A DNA stretch of 46,444 bases from NCBI GenBank assembly GCA_022452125.1, contig JAKURJ010000002.1:1-46444 (forward strand), written 5' to 3'. Position 1 is the stretch's first letter. The number at the start of each line of letters is the position of its first letter. Both the position numbers and the translations under genes were made by a program. The notes below the pieces were generated by a model, which had not been told where the DNA came from, ran no database searches, and saw nothing but the letters and a program-made list of their open reading frames with translations. The stretch is from Candidatus Poseidoniaceae archaeon. Lineage in GTDB: Archaea; Thermoplasmatota; Poseidoniia; Poseidoniales; Poseidoniaceae. Positions 6,779 to 15,672 of the stretch are shown one piece after another.

Positions 6779-6931
6779 CATTACTGAAGTAATTTTCAGA
6801 ATACATGGGATCGAACTCGACTGCGATGTCGACCCAACCTAGTGAAATATCCTAATTGCATGGTATCACCATTTCTCCGTTGCAACATAGCCGAGGCCGT
6901 CATTACGTAAAAAGATTTCGGTATTTTCTAT

Positions 6932-6951
6932 CATTTTAGGCGCCTAAAATG
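6932..6951. promoter_or_regulatory. Perfect 20-bp palindrome CATTTTAGGCGCCTAAAATG in a divergent non-coding region (candidate operator)
   Basis: The sequence equals its own reverse complement over 20 nt. It lies in the only long intergenic region of the window. Confidence 0.6.
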
Positions 6952-7196
6952 CGTAGTTGCCATATTTTCCCGTAACCTGCTCAGTGCATTAATGTTATTT
7001 AATTATAAATTTTAATTACAAATATTGGCGATTTTGTTACTTTTTCGTGATTTTACAGTTAATTTTATACAAAAAAACGACAAAATGTGATTTTCAAAAT
7101 TATTTTCCCTCGATTTGCACCCTCATTTGCAGATTTATTTTTTACAACCGAGTGAAAATGCGCCAAAACTATGTGCTCGAGATTAATCCGGGATTC

Positions 7197-8132
7197 ATGA
7201 ATGTCCGCTTGTTATTGGTTTGCTCAATTCTAGCAATAGCCCCTCTTAGCGGATGTATCGGGGATGATTCTGACAGCAGCGATTCGGAATCGATGTGTTC
7301 TGGCGGTGTCTCGGATCAAGATTTGATTGGAATGTGGACCAAATACACAGACCCAGATTTGACACCTAGAGAGATGCATATCCGTTCTAACTTAGAAAAA
7401 ACAGGTTACATTCTGGATGATGATTTTGCTTCCACTTATTGTTGGACTGCAGAAAACTCAGAGCTTGTGGAGTACGTGAATTACCCACAATGGTCTGCAA
7501 CGCACTACATGTTCTCAAATTACCATGTAGATGGCGACTTGTTATTCCTTGGAAATGTGTATAGCGAATGGATACATGAAAATGGAACAAGTGCAGGTAT
7601 ATCATATAACGACAAGCCTACAGAATGCAATGTATTTCATAGAAAAGGAGTCTTTTCTGATAATGAGACCATCAACTCAACTATCCTCTCAACCGAATAC
7701 CCTGAGTTCTGTACTTGGGTATTCGCAGACCCAAGTGGAGCACACCCTGGTGATGCTTGGAACGCAACATACCTAGCTCAAGACCACTCAGATGGTGTTT
7801 CTACATCTGCAACGGACAATCTTATGACCATTGAAATCGATGAATTCCACGGAGAAATAGACTGGTATGTTTCAGAGGGTTACTTTGGCTTCTGGGTACA
7901 ATTGACCGTGAATAATCAGACACACCAATGCGATTCTGGAGGGGAATCCGAGTGTTTGATTACATTCTCGGGCGTTGACGAGGATTATGCCGTATGGGAA
8001 GAAGGTGAAATCGCAACGTTAACGGAAAACGGTGTTGACATTTGCTCTGTATCTTGTGAAGTCGAAATTACAAGATTTGGAGTGCGCGAAGAGGATACTC
8101 TGTTTGGAAACACAGAGATAACAATCGAATGA
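7197..8132 (+). CDS. Secreted acidic Cys-rich lipoprotein, unknown function
   Basis: 'MNVRLLLVCSILAIAPLSGC' is a signal peptide plus lipobox. A Ser/Asp linker and many N-x-S/T sequons follow. The track start at 7047 runs through AT-rich promoter-like DNA; ATG 7158 is also possible. Confidence 0.6.
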   Translation: MNVRLLLVCSILAIAPLSGCIGDDSDSSDSESMCSGGVSDQDLIGMWTKYTDPDLTPREMHIRSNLEKTGYILDDDFASTYCWTAENSELVEYVNYPQWSATHYMFSNYHVDGDLLFLGNVYSEWIHENGTSAGISYNDKPTECNVFHRKGVFSDNETINSTILSTEYPEFCTWVFADPSGAHPGDAWNATYLAQDHSDGVSTSATDNLMTIEIDEFHGEIDWYVSEGYFGFWVQLTVNNQTHQCDSGGESECLITFSGVDEDYAVWEEGEIATLTENGVDICSVSCEVEITRFGVREEDTLFGNTEITIE

Positions 8133-8185
8133 TTTTCTCTAAGAAAATAACAATCCATTAAGAGTCGTTTCTTCTAGAGGCGTTC

Positions 8186-8737
8186 ATGGAAGTTAGCCGT
8201 GAAATGATTAGGACGTTCACATTTATTGCCGGTCCTTTGGTTTTGGTTAGTTATGGCCTAGCTCTATCAAAGATGGATGATAAAGCAGCACTCTGGGGTG
8301 GAATCCCAAGTTCATGGATCACCTACATTGTGCCATTCATGTTCTTGGCAGCGATTGGATTCCTGATGTACTGGTGGGTTGCTTTATTCCAGATTGAAGT
8401 ATCAGTTCTTGATTCATTGAGATGGCCATGGGGCGAATCTGATGGCAACGGAGCACAAAGGATTCTTCTCGCATATGCATTATTCCTAATTCCATCCATG
8501 TTCTGGATTGACAGTACTCGAATGCACATCAACAATGATTATTCTTGGACTCCATTCTTGGTGATTGGAATCCTTGCACTAGCATCGATAGTCAACATAA
8601 TGTTTGGACTGCTAGCCTATGGCGCATATCAAGATGGAGTTGACGGTTCAGGACTGATGCTACTCGGCTCGATTTTCTTGGGAATACAGGTTATTGTCAA
8701 CGACCTAATTGTTTGGTCTGCCAAATTCCCTTGGTAG
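8186..8737 (+). CDS. Integral membrane protein (about 5 TM), unknown function
   Basis: Hydrophobic helices throughout; no motif recognised. Confidence 0.5.
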   Translation: MEVSREMIRTFTFIAGPLVLVSYGLALSKMDDKAALWGGIPSSWITYIVPFMFLAAIGFLMYWWVALFQIEVSVLDSLRWPWGESDGNGAQRILLAYALFLIPSMFWIDSTRMHINNDYSWTPFLVIGILALASIVNIMFGLLAYGAYQDGVDGSGLMLLGSIFLGIQVIVNDLIVWSAKFPW

Positions 8738-8739
8738 AA

Positions 8740-9261
8740 TTAGGTAACCAAGAATTCCTCGATGATTACCTGTGTCACAGCCAATGCGAAGAATAAAGCA
8801 AAGGCAGCGGCAATGAAAATCGCGATTCTATTTTTGCGATACCACTCGTGCTCACTCATATTTTCATCAAATTCTTTCAATGTCTCTTTGACATCTTCGC
8901 GGGCCTCATCAACAAAATCTTCCAACGGCTGAGTTAAATCGTCCAATGCCTCAACAATAACCGAACCCTTTGGGTCAGTCTCTTCCCAGTTTGGTCTGAA
9001 GTAAGCATAGATTTTAATGAGAACAAATCTGTACACGAATATAAGGAACAATAGAGCAAAAAAAATCACGCCATCCAAGACAAACATTACTGCAACCAAA
9101 GGAAGAATAGAAAGGAACCAAAACACCTCTACGAATAGTGGACCATCATTCAACTTGGGATTATTGAACCAATTGTTGTCCTTGTTATTGGGAGTGGGGC
9201 AGGTTCTTCTGTCATGACCTTCCTTTCTACAAATTCCACATTTCCTTGCGATGTATATCAC
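8740..9261 (-). CDS. Membrane protein with an N-terminal CCHC zinc knuckle
   Basis: The GTG start overlaps the upstream stop (GTGA). 'CGICRKEGHDRRTC' is C-x2-C-x4-H-x4-C. Two TM helices, an acidic segment and a C-terminal TM helix follow. Confidence 0.55.
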   Translation of the reverse strand: MIYIARKCGICRKEGHDRRTCPTPNNKDNNWFNNPKLNDGPLFVEVFWFLSILPLVAVMFVLDGVIFFALLFLIFVYRFVLIKIYAYFRPNWEETDPKGSVIVEALDDLTQPLEDFVDEAREDVKETLKEFDENMSEHEWYRKNRIAIFIAAAFALFFALAVTQVIIEEFLVT

Positions 9262-10031
9262 CTATCGTTCGAAAAATTAGGTTTGCGTTTTGAGAGGAAT
9301 GCATCAATTCCCTCTGCGAAGGATGCGGTTGTCCCAGCAGCTTCGATCAAAGTTTGCTCATGCTTGAGATGGGTCTCGAAGTCATTCACGTTCTGAGTCA
9401 ACAGCAGATGCTTTGTCGCTTCTTTTGTGTGGCTTCCCCACTGTGACCAGGTGTTTGCAATCTCGATGGCTCTCTCGATCAAATCGTCCTCAGAAACCAC
9501 TTCGTCGATTGCTCCGAGTTTGCAGGCATCCTCTGCACTCCAAACTTGGTTTTCAAGGAAGAAACGACGGGCAGCCTGTTCACCAACCAAGCGTGGAAGT
9601 AGCCAGGTTGTTCCACCATCGGGAGAGAGACCGATTCCAGAATAGGAGGCTGCCATCTTTCCATTTGGGCTGGCAATTCTTGCATCACATGCAAGAGCAA
9701 GACCAAGCCCGCCACCTGCAGATGCACCATTCAGCGCAGCAACGAATATTGTCTTGGAGGTGCGCATCTTAACCAGCATTGGATGAAGGATATCGGTTAG
9801 TTCACGAATCAATTCAACGCTGTCTCCATCATCGATTGACTTCTGAAATGCCTTGATATCTGCACCTGCAGAGAAGAACTTGCCTTCTCCGGTAATGACA
9901 ATCGCTTTGCAACCAATGTTATCCATTACTGCATCTCTAATTTTTGGAAGAAACTCTCTGCTAAAAGACTGAGTTGCAGAACCGCCCGTAAGTTGGATGA
10001 GAGTTACTCCGTCTCTCTGGCTTACTTCCAT
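9258..10031 (-). CDS. Enoyl-CoA hydratase/isomerase (crotonase family)
   Basis: 'ITGEGKFFSAGADI' and 'GASAGGGLGLALACDARIA' are oxyanion-hole motifs. Confidence 0.8.
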   Translation of the reverse strand: MEVSQRDGVTLIQLTGGSATQSFSREFLPKIRDAVMDNIGCKAIVITGEGKFFSAGADIKAFQKSIDDGDSVELIRELTDILHPMLVKMRTSKTIFVAALNGASAGGGLGLALACDARIASPNGKMAASYSGIGLSPDGGTTWLLPRLVGEQAARRFFLENQVWSAEDACKLGAIDEVVSEDDLIERAIEIANTWSQWGSHTKEATKHLLLTQNVNDFETHLKHEQTLIEAAGTTASFAEGIDAFLSKRKPNFSNDR

Positions 10032-10035
10032 GATA

Positions 10036-11472
10036 TCACAGCTTTACATTGACGTTCTTCACTTTCGTGTAGAAGTTGAGAGCATCCTTAGATTGCTCGA
10101 TACCAATCCCTGAGTGCTTCCATCCTGTGAATGCTGTTTGTGGGAATGTTATCGGGTATTCATTGATACTAACCATTCCAGATTCGACATCTCTTGCGAA
10201 CTTGTGAGCACGGGATAAGTCGTTCGTCCAGATTCCGTTTAGCAGTCCAAATGGAGTGTCGTTAGCCAAGGCGAGCGCTTCTGAATCCTCGCTAAACTTG
10301 GTTACTGCAAGAACTGGTCCGAATAACTCCTCTTGGAACAATAGGTTGTCAGAGGATACACCAGTTACTACGGTTGCTTCCATGAATGCGCCTTCTCTGT
10401 CTAGTGCATTTCCACCGCATGCGATTTCTCCACCTTGTTCCAATCCCTTGGATAGCATGTCAAGAACATCGTCCCTGTGAGAAGTGTGAACCATACTTCC
10501 CATTCTAACTCCATCTTCCATTCCTGGACCAACTGGCCACTTGGAAATCTCAGCTACAATTGCTTCCACCAATTCATCGTGAACATCTTCATGGACAATT
10601 AGTCGAGAACCAGCCCAGCACATTTGTCCAGCATTCATGAAAATTCCGAAGCATACTGCCTTTGCACAATACTTCAAGTTAGCATCAGGGAATACTACGT
10701 TTGCTCCTTTGCCACCCAATTCTAGAGTAACTGGCGTCAGATTTTCGCTAGCTTTTGCCATGACTGCTTGCCCGGTAGGAACTCCACCAGTTAGCACGAT
10801 ACCATCAACTCCGGAGTGGCCAGCCAGTGCATCTCCAATCAATCCACCAGAACCTGTGATTACTTGCAGTACATCTGTTGGAAGTCCAACCTCTGCTTCC
10901 TGCATTGCCTTCATCCAAGCGATTAGAGAAAGTGGAGTCCATGAAGCCGGCTTTGCAATAACAGTACAACCTGCTGCAAGAGCAGGGGCGATTGAACGAA
11001 TTGCTAATTGTAGCGGGAAATTCCATGGCACGATGTGAGCGGTTACACCTAGAGGTTGCCTCAAAGTGTAGTTCAAGCGATTTCCAGGAACAGGAATTGT
11101 ACTACCTTCTATCTTATCAGATAGCCCAGCGAAATACTCCAAAGTCCAAGCGCCATAGCGGATTTCACTCAATGCTTCACGGAATGTCTTTCCATTGTTG
11201 GAAGATTCTATCGCTGCTAGACTCTTTGCGTTAGCATAGGTTGCTGCCGCCATCTTTTGCAAAATCCTCCCTCTTTGTGCTGGGTCCATAGCAGCCCAAT
11301 CTTTGGAATTAAGTGCCGCCCTAGAAGCAGCAACACATCGCTCAACATCTCCAATTGTAGCCTTAGGAGTTGTCGCAATTACTTCACCTGTAGCGGGGTT
11401 CAGTACATCAGAAGTTGAACCGTCCTCAGAGTCAATCCATTCACCAGCAATCAACATTTGTTCGCTCGCCAT
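10036..11472 (-). CDS. NAD(P)+ aldehyde dehydrogenase
   Basis: 'LIAGEWIDS...NPATGEVIA', 'ELGGKG' and the catalytic 'NAGQMCWAGSR'. ATG 11472 is preferred over the TTG at 11499. Confidence 0.85.
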   Translation of the reverse strand: MASEQMLIAGEWIDSEDGSTSDVLNPATGEVIATTPKATIGDVERCVAASRAALNSKDWAAMDPAQRGRILQKMAAATYANAKSLAAIESSNNGKTFREALSEIRYGAWTLEYFAGLSDKIEGSTIPVPGNRLNYTLRQPLGVTAHIVPWNFPLQLAIRSIAPALAAGCTVIAKPASWTPLSLIAWMKAMQEAEVGLPTDVLQVITGSGGLIGDALAGHSGVDGIVLTGGVPTGQAVMAKASENLTPVTLELGGKGANVVFPDANLKYCAKAVCFGIFMNAGQMCWAGSRLIVHEDVHDELVEAIVAEISKWPVGPGMEDGVRMGSMVHTSHRDDVLDMLSKGLEQGGEIACGGNALDREGAFMEATVVTGVSSDNLLFQEELFGPVLAVTKFSEDSEALALANDTPFGLLNGIWTNDLSRAHKFARDVESGMVSINEYPITFPQTAFTGWKHSGIGIEQSKDALNFYTKVKNVNVKL

Positions 11473-11552
11473 AACCAATGCGAAGAGGAACCGCCTCAAA
11501 GCCTCTCCCGTTGAGGAATGTCTTGATTAGCAAGCAGGCATAGCATTAGTTG

Positions 11553-12215
11553 ATGGCGAGAAGGATAGGTATCGCTGAGGCGACGACAACCAAAGTTACT
11601 GGACGCCCCCCTATCCTAGTATTGATTGCTGGAGCAACCGGTGTTGGAAAATCGACTACTGCGGTGAAAATTGCGAACGAACATTCCTTTGCTAGACTTC
11701 TTTCAACTGATGCAATTAGAGAAATCATGCGTGTTCAAGACACTACAGAGAATCTCGCATTACACCGTTCTTCCTTTTCCAAAGGTGATTCAGGTGATGC
11801 TGTGCTCGATTGGCAAGACACCTGCAAAGCGGTTGAGGCGGGAGTTTTAGCTACTATTGAAAGAGCGCGCAGAGAAGGTATTGACCTGATTTTGGAAGGT
11901 GTGCATCTCGAACCTAGTTCCCGACTACTTCGGTCTTGGAGGGACTCGGGAGGAATCGCAGTTGGAATTGTCATGCATGTTGATGATGAATCACAACACA
12001 CCAGTTTCTTGAAACAAAGAGAAAGTCACTCATTTAGAAATGCGGATAGATACATCTCTGCATTGCCACGAATAAGGGCGATACAAGACTCATTGAAGGA
12101 AAAGGCCAGAGTCGCTGATTGGAATACACTTGACCCAACGGTGGTAAAGGATAGCCTAGACAGAGTCAATCATTGGCTTGATCTTGCTTGGAACGAATGG
12201 CGCAAGTCGTACTAA
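11553..12215 (+). CDS. 2-phosphoglycerate kinase-like P-loop kinase (COG2074-like)
   Basis: 'LIAGATGVGKSTTA', 'LLSTDAIREIMR' and 'ILEGVHL' resemble archaeal 2PGK-family proteins. Confidence 0.55.
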   Translation: MARRIGIAEATTTKVTGRPPILVLIAGATGVGKSTTAVKIANEHSFARLLSTDAIREIMRVQDTTENLALHRSSFSKGDSGDAVLDWQDTCKAVEAGVLATIERARREGIDLILEGVHLEPSSRLLRSWRDSGGIAVGIVMHVDDESQHTSFLKQRESHSFRNADRYISALPRIRAIQDSLKEKARVADWNTLDPTVVKDSLDRVNHWLDLAWNEWRKSY

Positions 12216-12664
12216 GCGTCTAAATCGATATCGAAGGTGATTATTCGAGTTAGCATAGAATTCCTATCTGCTGCCCCTAATTCACTGTAAACAGTTACTA
12301 CGCCGTCAGATTCACTGACTGTGATATTCAGCAACTTTAACTCAACCCCTCTAATCTCTCCATGGTGCAAGACATCATCGTGTAGAGAATCTATTGATTT
12401 CTGAACGCTTTCTAACTCAGACAAGCCGGAATCATACCAGATTTGAGCACGAGCCTCTGTTAGGCTAGGAAGGTTTTCTGCGATATCTGCAGATGCTTGA
12501 ATCGTATCGTCACCTGCTGTATCATACGGCATTGAGATCCCAGCCATCTTGACTCCAAAAATAGCCATAGAAAGCAAAGACATCATCAGAACAACACCAG
12601 TTGCTAACAACATCTGTCCACGGTCGTCTTTTGTTGCTGAGCGCATCATGAACCACGCTCCCAC
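12212..12664 (-). CDS. Type IV pilin-like protein with a class III signal peptide
   Basis: 'KDDRG/QMLLATGVVLMMSLLSMAIFGV' is a basic-Gly cleavage motif followed by a hydrophobic helix. It is the last gene of the pilus operon. The start may instead be an internal Met at 12649 or 12646. Confidence 0.5.
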   Translation of the reverse strand: MGAWFMMRSATKDDRGQMLLATGVVLMMSLLSMAIFGVKMAGISMPYDTAGDDTIQASADIAENLPSLTEARAQIWYDSGLSELESVQKSIDSLHDDVLHHGEIRGVELKLLNITVSESDGVVTVYSELGAADRNSMLTRIITFDIDLDA

Positions 12665-13083
12665 AAATCAAGGCTAACTGTCCACAAGTGGTCATCCACT
12701 GAAACTAATCCATGTGAGTTAACAGTACTAGCACCAGGAGTTGCAACTTCACCATGAGGCTGAGAAGTGCCGGAGTCCTTTGCTAACCAACAATTAGCCT
12801 CTACGCCACTGGCAAGATAATTCTGTACCAACTCGCAAGCCTCATCGCTTTGACCCGCTGCAAGAAGTTCAGCAAGACGTGAATCGTAAGTGCTATCCGA
12901 AGCGGGTGTTGCTAGTGCCAAATTAATTGCATCTTCACCTGCAAATTGCATTTCTGCATCGATTGAGATACTAGCTTCATCCGGAACATGAATTGTGATT
13001 AGGAATGCTGCTGTCATGAAGAACAGCCAGAACAAAGTCAGCATTTCCAAAATGTGAATTTGTGCTGTCTCATCATTCTGCAC
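12646..13083 (-). CDS. Pilin-like/pilus accessory protein with an N-terminal hydrophobic helix
   Basis: GTG start behind TGAGGTGAT. 'ETAQIHILEMLTLFWLFFMTAAFLI' is pilin-like. The protein is small and sits in operon context. Confidence 0.4.
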   Translation of the reverse strand: MQNDETAQIHILEMLTLFWLFFMTAAFLITIHVPDEASISIDAEMQFAGEDAINLALATPASDSTYDSRLAELLAAGQSDEACELVQNYLASGVEANCWLAKDSGTSQPHGEVATPGASTVNSHGLVSVDDHLWTVSLDLWERGS

Positions 13084-13092
13084 AACATCACC

Positions 13093-14607
13093 TCAGGGCG
13101 AGAATGTTCCCGCTGACGGACTTAGAGCGGGTAATGTTGTGACACCAATCAGGTCTGGAGAGAATACGATTACGTTGAAACAGAGGATTGCGAGTAGAAT
13201 CATCAATCCTGAATGCTTCATTCCACTGGTGAATCTTCCAGTCGCCATCAATCCTGCCATCGAACCATTACCGAGTGCTTGCATCGTTACTCCATAATAG
13301 AAAATCGTCAGGAAAAACAGCGGTTCGATATTTCGGATAACCATGTTTCCTAATTGCTGGCCTCCACCACCATCTTCGGAATCCGAGTTTGACCCCGCAA
13401 TCGCTGGAATGAAAACCTTAGCTAGAACGACAATAACACCTAGGAAAACACCGTAAGAGGTCCAAATAACCGAGATGTAGGAAGCGATTGACCGTTTTCG
13501 TTCACCTTCAAGGAACTTCAATTCACGGCTGTCGTTAGCAGCGGTAACAAGAATATCAGAAATCTTACCACCGGCTCTATTCGCTTCAGAAATCAGCGAT
13601 ATAGCACGTAATACGAGTGGCGTACCTACTCTAGCAGCAAACATTTCGATAACGTCACCGAATGCAACACCCCAAGATAACTGGTCACTCATTTTCTTAA
13701 CTTCGTGATTCAGAGCACCGTATTCACTCGTCGCTAACGTTTGAACCGCCACCGTCATCGAAAGACCTCCCTTCCAATATTCTGCAAGGTCTCTTAGGAA
13801 ATCTGGGAACTTCTCTTCCATTTGGTTTGTCTTTTCTTTGACTCTATCCCAGTAAAAGGAAGCAGGCCAAAACATGATGAAGAATCCTAATCCGAAGAAA
13901 TTGAGGAAGATTGTAGGTCTTAATGAGATGCCTCCCAAGTCAACTTCAGGACCAATCCATTGGGACTTGTTGTTCATGTTCTCTGGAAGACCATCGTAGT
14001 AATCCATCTCAAGGCGATATGTAGCTTCCTGAACTTCATTTTCAGAAATTATCACCAATTGATACAGATTTCCTTTCTCCATATTTTGAATGAAGATTTC
14101 ACAATTGTCTCCATTAGCGTGAGTATTACCTCTATACCGCGTTATCTCTACTCCATTGGGGTCGTAGATGATGAATGAATAATCTGAAGGAATCGCAGCC
14201 TCGACATCGCACGTCCCCGTCATGGTTTGTTGGGGCCGCACGCTTGCTGTGATATTCTCGTCCATTCCGGGAACATCAAACAATTGGCCTAAGCCTAGGA
14301 ATTCTTTCCAAGGATCTTCTGGAGACATTACTAGGACATCAGGTTCGTCCTTTAGCAATCCAAATTGACAGGATTCGTTATCATCGAAGGTAGGAATGTA
14401 ATTCGGGTCATAACCGCAAGCCATGTTGACGAACAATGGTTGTCCGTTAGGTGCTGTAGTGAAGTGAGAGTTAGTTACCCAGAATGTGAATGATGCTAAG
14501 CCGAGGAAGATACTCACGCCGAGAATAGCATAGAGTTTAGTCAGAGTTGTATCGTCTTTTGGAAGATCCAGTTTTACGATAATTTTCTCCTTCTTCTTTC
14601 GTGCCAT
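13093..14607 (-). CDS. FlaJ/TadC-like pilus platform protein (T2SS-F domain) with a large extracytoplasmic insert
   Basis: 'FPDFLRDLAEYWKGGLSMTVAVQTLA...LRAISLISEANRAGGKISDIL' is a T2SSF repeat. A roughly 190-aa Cys-containing domain lies between TM1 and TM2. Confidence 0.7.
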   Translation of the reverse strand: MARKKKEKIIVKLDLPKDDTTLTKLYAILGVSIFLGLASFTFWVTNSHFTTAPNGQPLFVNMACGYDPNYIPTFDDNESCQFGLLKDEPDVLVMSPEDPWKEFLGLGQLFDVPGMDENITASVRPQQTMTGTCDVEAAIPSDYSFIIYDPNGVEITRYRGNTHANGDNCEIFIQNMEKGNLYQLVIISENEVQEATYRLEMDYYDGLPENMNNKSQWIGPEVDLGGISLRPTIFLNFFGLGFFIMFWPASFYWDRVKEKTNQMEEKFPDFLRDLAEYWKGGLSMTVAVQTLATSEYGALNHEVKKMSDQLSWGVAFGDVIEMFAARVGTPLVLRAISLISEANRAGGKISDILVTAANDSRELKFLEGERKRSIASYISVIWTSYGVFLGVIVVLAKVFIPAIAGSNSDSEDGGGGQQLGNMVIRNIEPLFFLTIFYYGVTMQALGNGSMAGLMATGRFTSGMKHSGLMILLAILCFNVIVFSPDLIGVTTLPALSPSAGTFSP

Positions 14608-14623
14608 ATTCTCACCTCCTCAA

Positions 14624-15643
14624 TCACATCTTTTGCTCTTCACTTGACGACCATACAATGAATGCGAACATTGCGTGAATCATTGGCAATACCAAGAGAA
14701 CCACTGCGTAAAGAGTGCTCTCTTCCATCTGCGCACCTGCACCGCTAACCCAGAACATAATGACCAGCATAACGATTAGGAACAGCGGCATTGCAACTGC
14801 AACAACAACATACGATTCCGCTAGCATTGCCAGGGATTCAAGGAACTCTTGTAGTCGAGTTCTGTTCTCACGCATGTAGTGCTCAGCGCGGTTCAAGAAA
14901 TACAACTTGAGCGAACCTCCAGCGGTCAGAGTTCCAACCATACCTTGGAAGAATTCTGTCATCCACGGCGAAGCCGCTCTATCTACAGCCATCTTCATCG
15001 CCGTTAGCAAATCGTATCCAAGTAAGGAGACGTCACGATAAATCATCGATGAATCATATGCAATTTCACCATAGATTTCACCATTCAATGCTAGTGATTT
15101 GAAAATCTTGTGAGGTGTTGCATTCGCTGCGGCCATTGCTGCTGTGTAAGATGCTGCGTAAGGAAGGTACTTCTCAAGAGCAACGCCACGAGCATGCGCT
15201 GCTCTTGCTGCGGAGCCCTTGAGGAATCTGAATGTTCCGAACGGCACAACGAATCCTAGTAAAACTGGAATCAAAACCTTAGCAAAGAATGGGAACTCCA
15301 TATACTGGAAGTAAGGACATCCTCTGCTCTCAAGAGTTTCATCCACCAAATCTGCATTCCAATATTCCCACTCATAGCAAGCTAGAGCATAGTCAAGGTC
15401 CGGACGAGACTCATACCACGCAATTAGCCCAATGTCTGGCAGGAAAACTGCTGTCAGCAATAGTCCACAAATGATCGTGACAGCGACAGTTGTAACGAAT
15501 AATTGAGCCATGTAGACTTCAGGCATGATTGGCATGTTGCCTTTCACTAAGTCTTCAGAAAGTTTGACATCATTACGTGCCCTTTTCTTGAACGCCTTAC
15601 CGAGGATACGATGACAAATCTTCTGCCATGCAGTTAACTCCAT
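14624..15643 (-). CDS. FlaJ/TadB-like pilus platform protein (T2SS-F domain)
   Basis: 'PHKIFKSLALNGEIYGEIAYDSSMIYRDVSLLGYDLLTAMKMAV...GGSL' is a T2SSF repeat with flanking TM helices. Confidence 0.7.
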   Translation of the reverse strand: MELTAWQKICHRILGKAFKKRARNDVKLSEDLVKGNMPIMPEVYMAQLFVTTVAVTIICGLLLTAVFLPDIGLIAWYESRPDLDYALACYEWEYWNADLVDETLESRGCPYFQYMEFPFFAKVLIPVLLGFVVPFGTFRFLKGSAARAAHARGVALEKYLPYAASYTAAMAAANATPHKIFKSLALNGEIYGEIAYDSSMIYRDVSLLGYDLLTAMKMAVDRAASPWMTEFFQGMVGTLTAGGSLKLYFLNRAEHYMRENRTRLQEFLESLAMLAESYVVVAVAMPLFLIVMLVIMFWVSGAGAQMEESTLYAVVLLVLPMIHAMFAFIVWSSSEEQKM

Positions 15644-15672
15644 TCATCTCACCTCCAATTACATCTAATCGA

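Noticed and set aside
6808-6840. tRNA-like fragment 'GGGATCGAACTCGAC...GTCGACCC', considered as a possible att or tRNA remnant marking an integration border
   Set aside because: It resembles a T-arm only superficially. I could not fold a T-stem or any other cloverleaf arm, and it does not repeat the 3' end of either tRNA.
6657-6842. 61-aa plus-strand ORF
   Set aside because: It overlaps tRNA-Arg(ACG) in antisense and the palindrome region. It has no SD and no coding-like composition.
7047-7196. Long N-terminal extension of the lipoprotein ORF (MILQLILYKK...)
   Set aside because: It runs through AT-rich promoter-like DNA starting at a GTG inside a repeat motif. A canonical signal peptide plus lipobox begins at ATG 7197.
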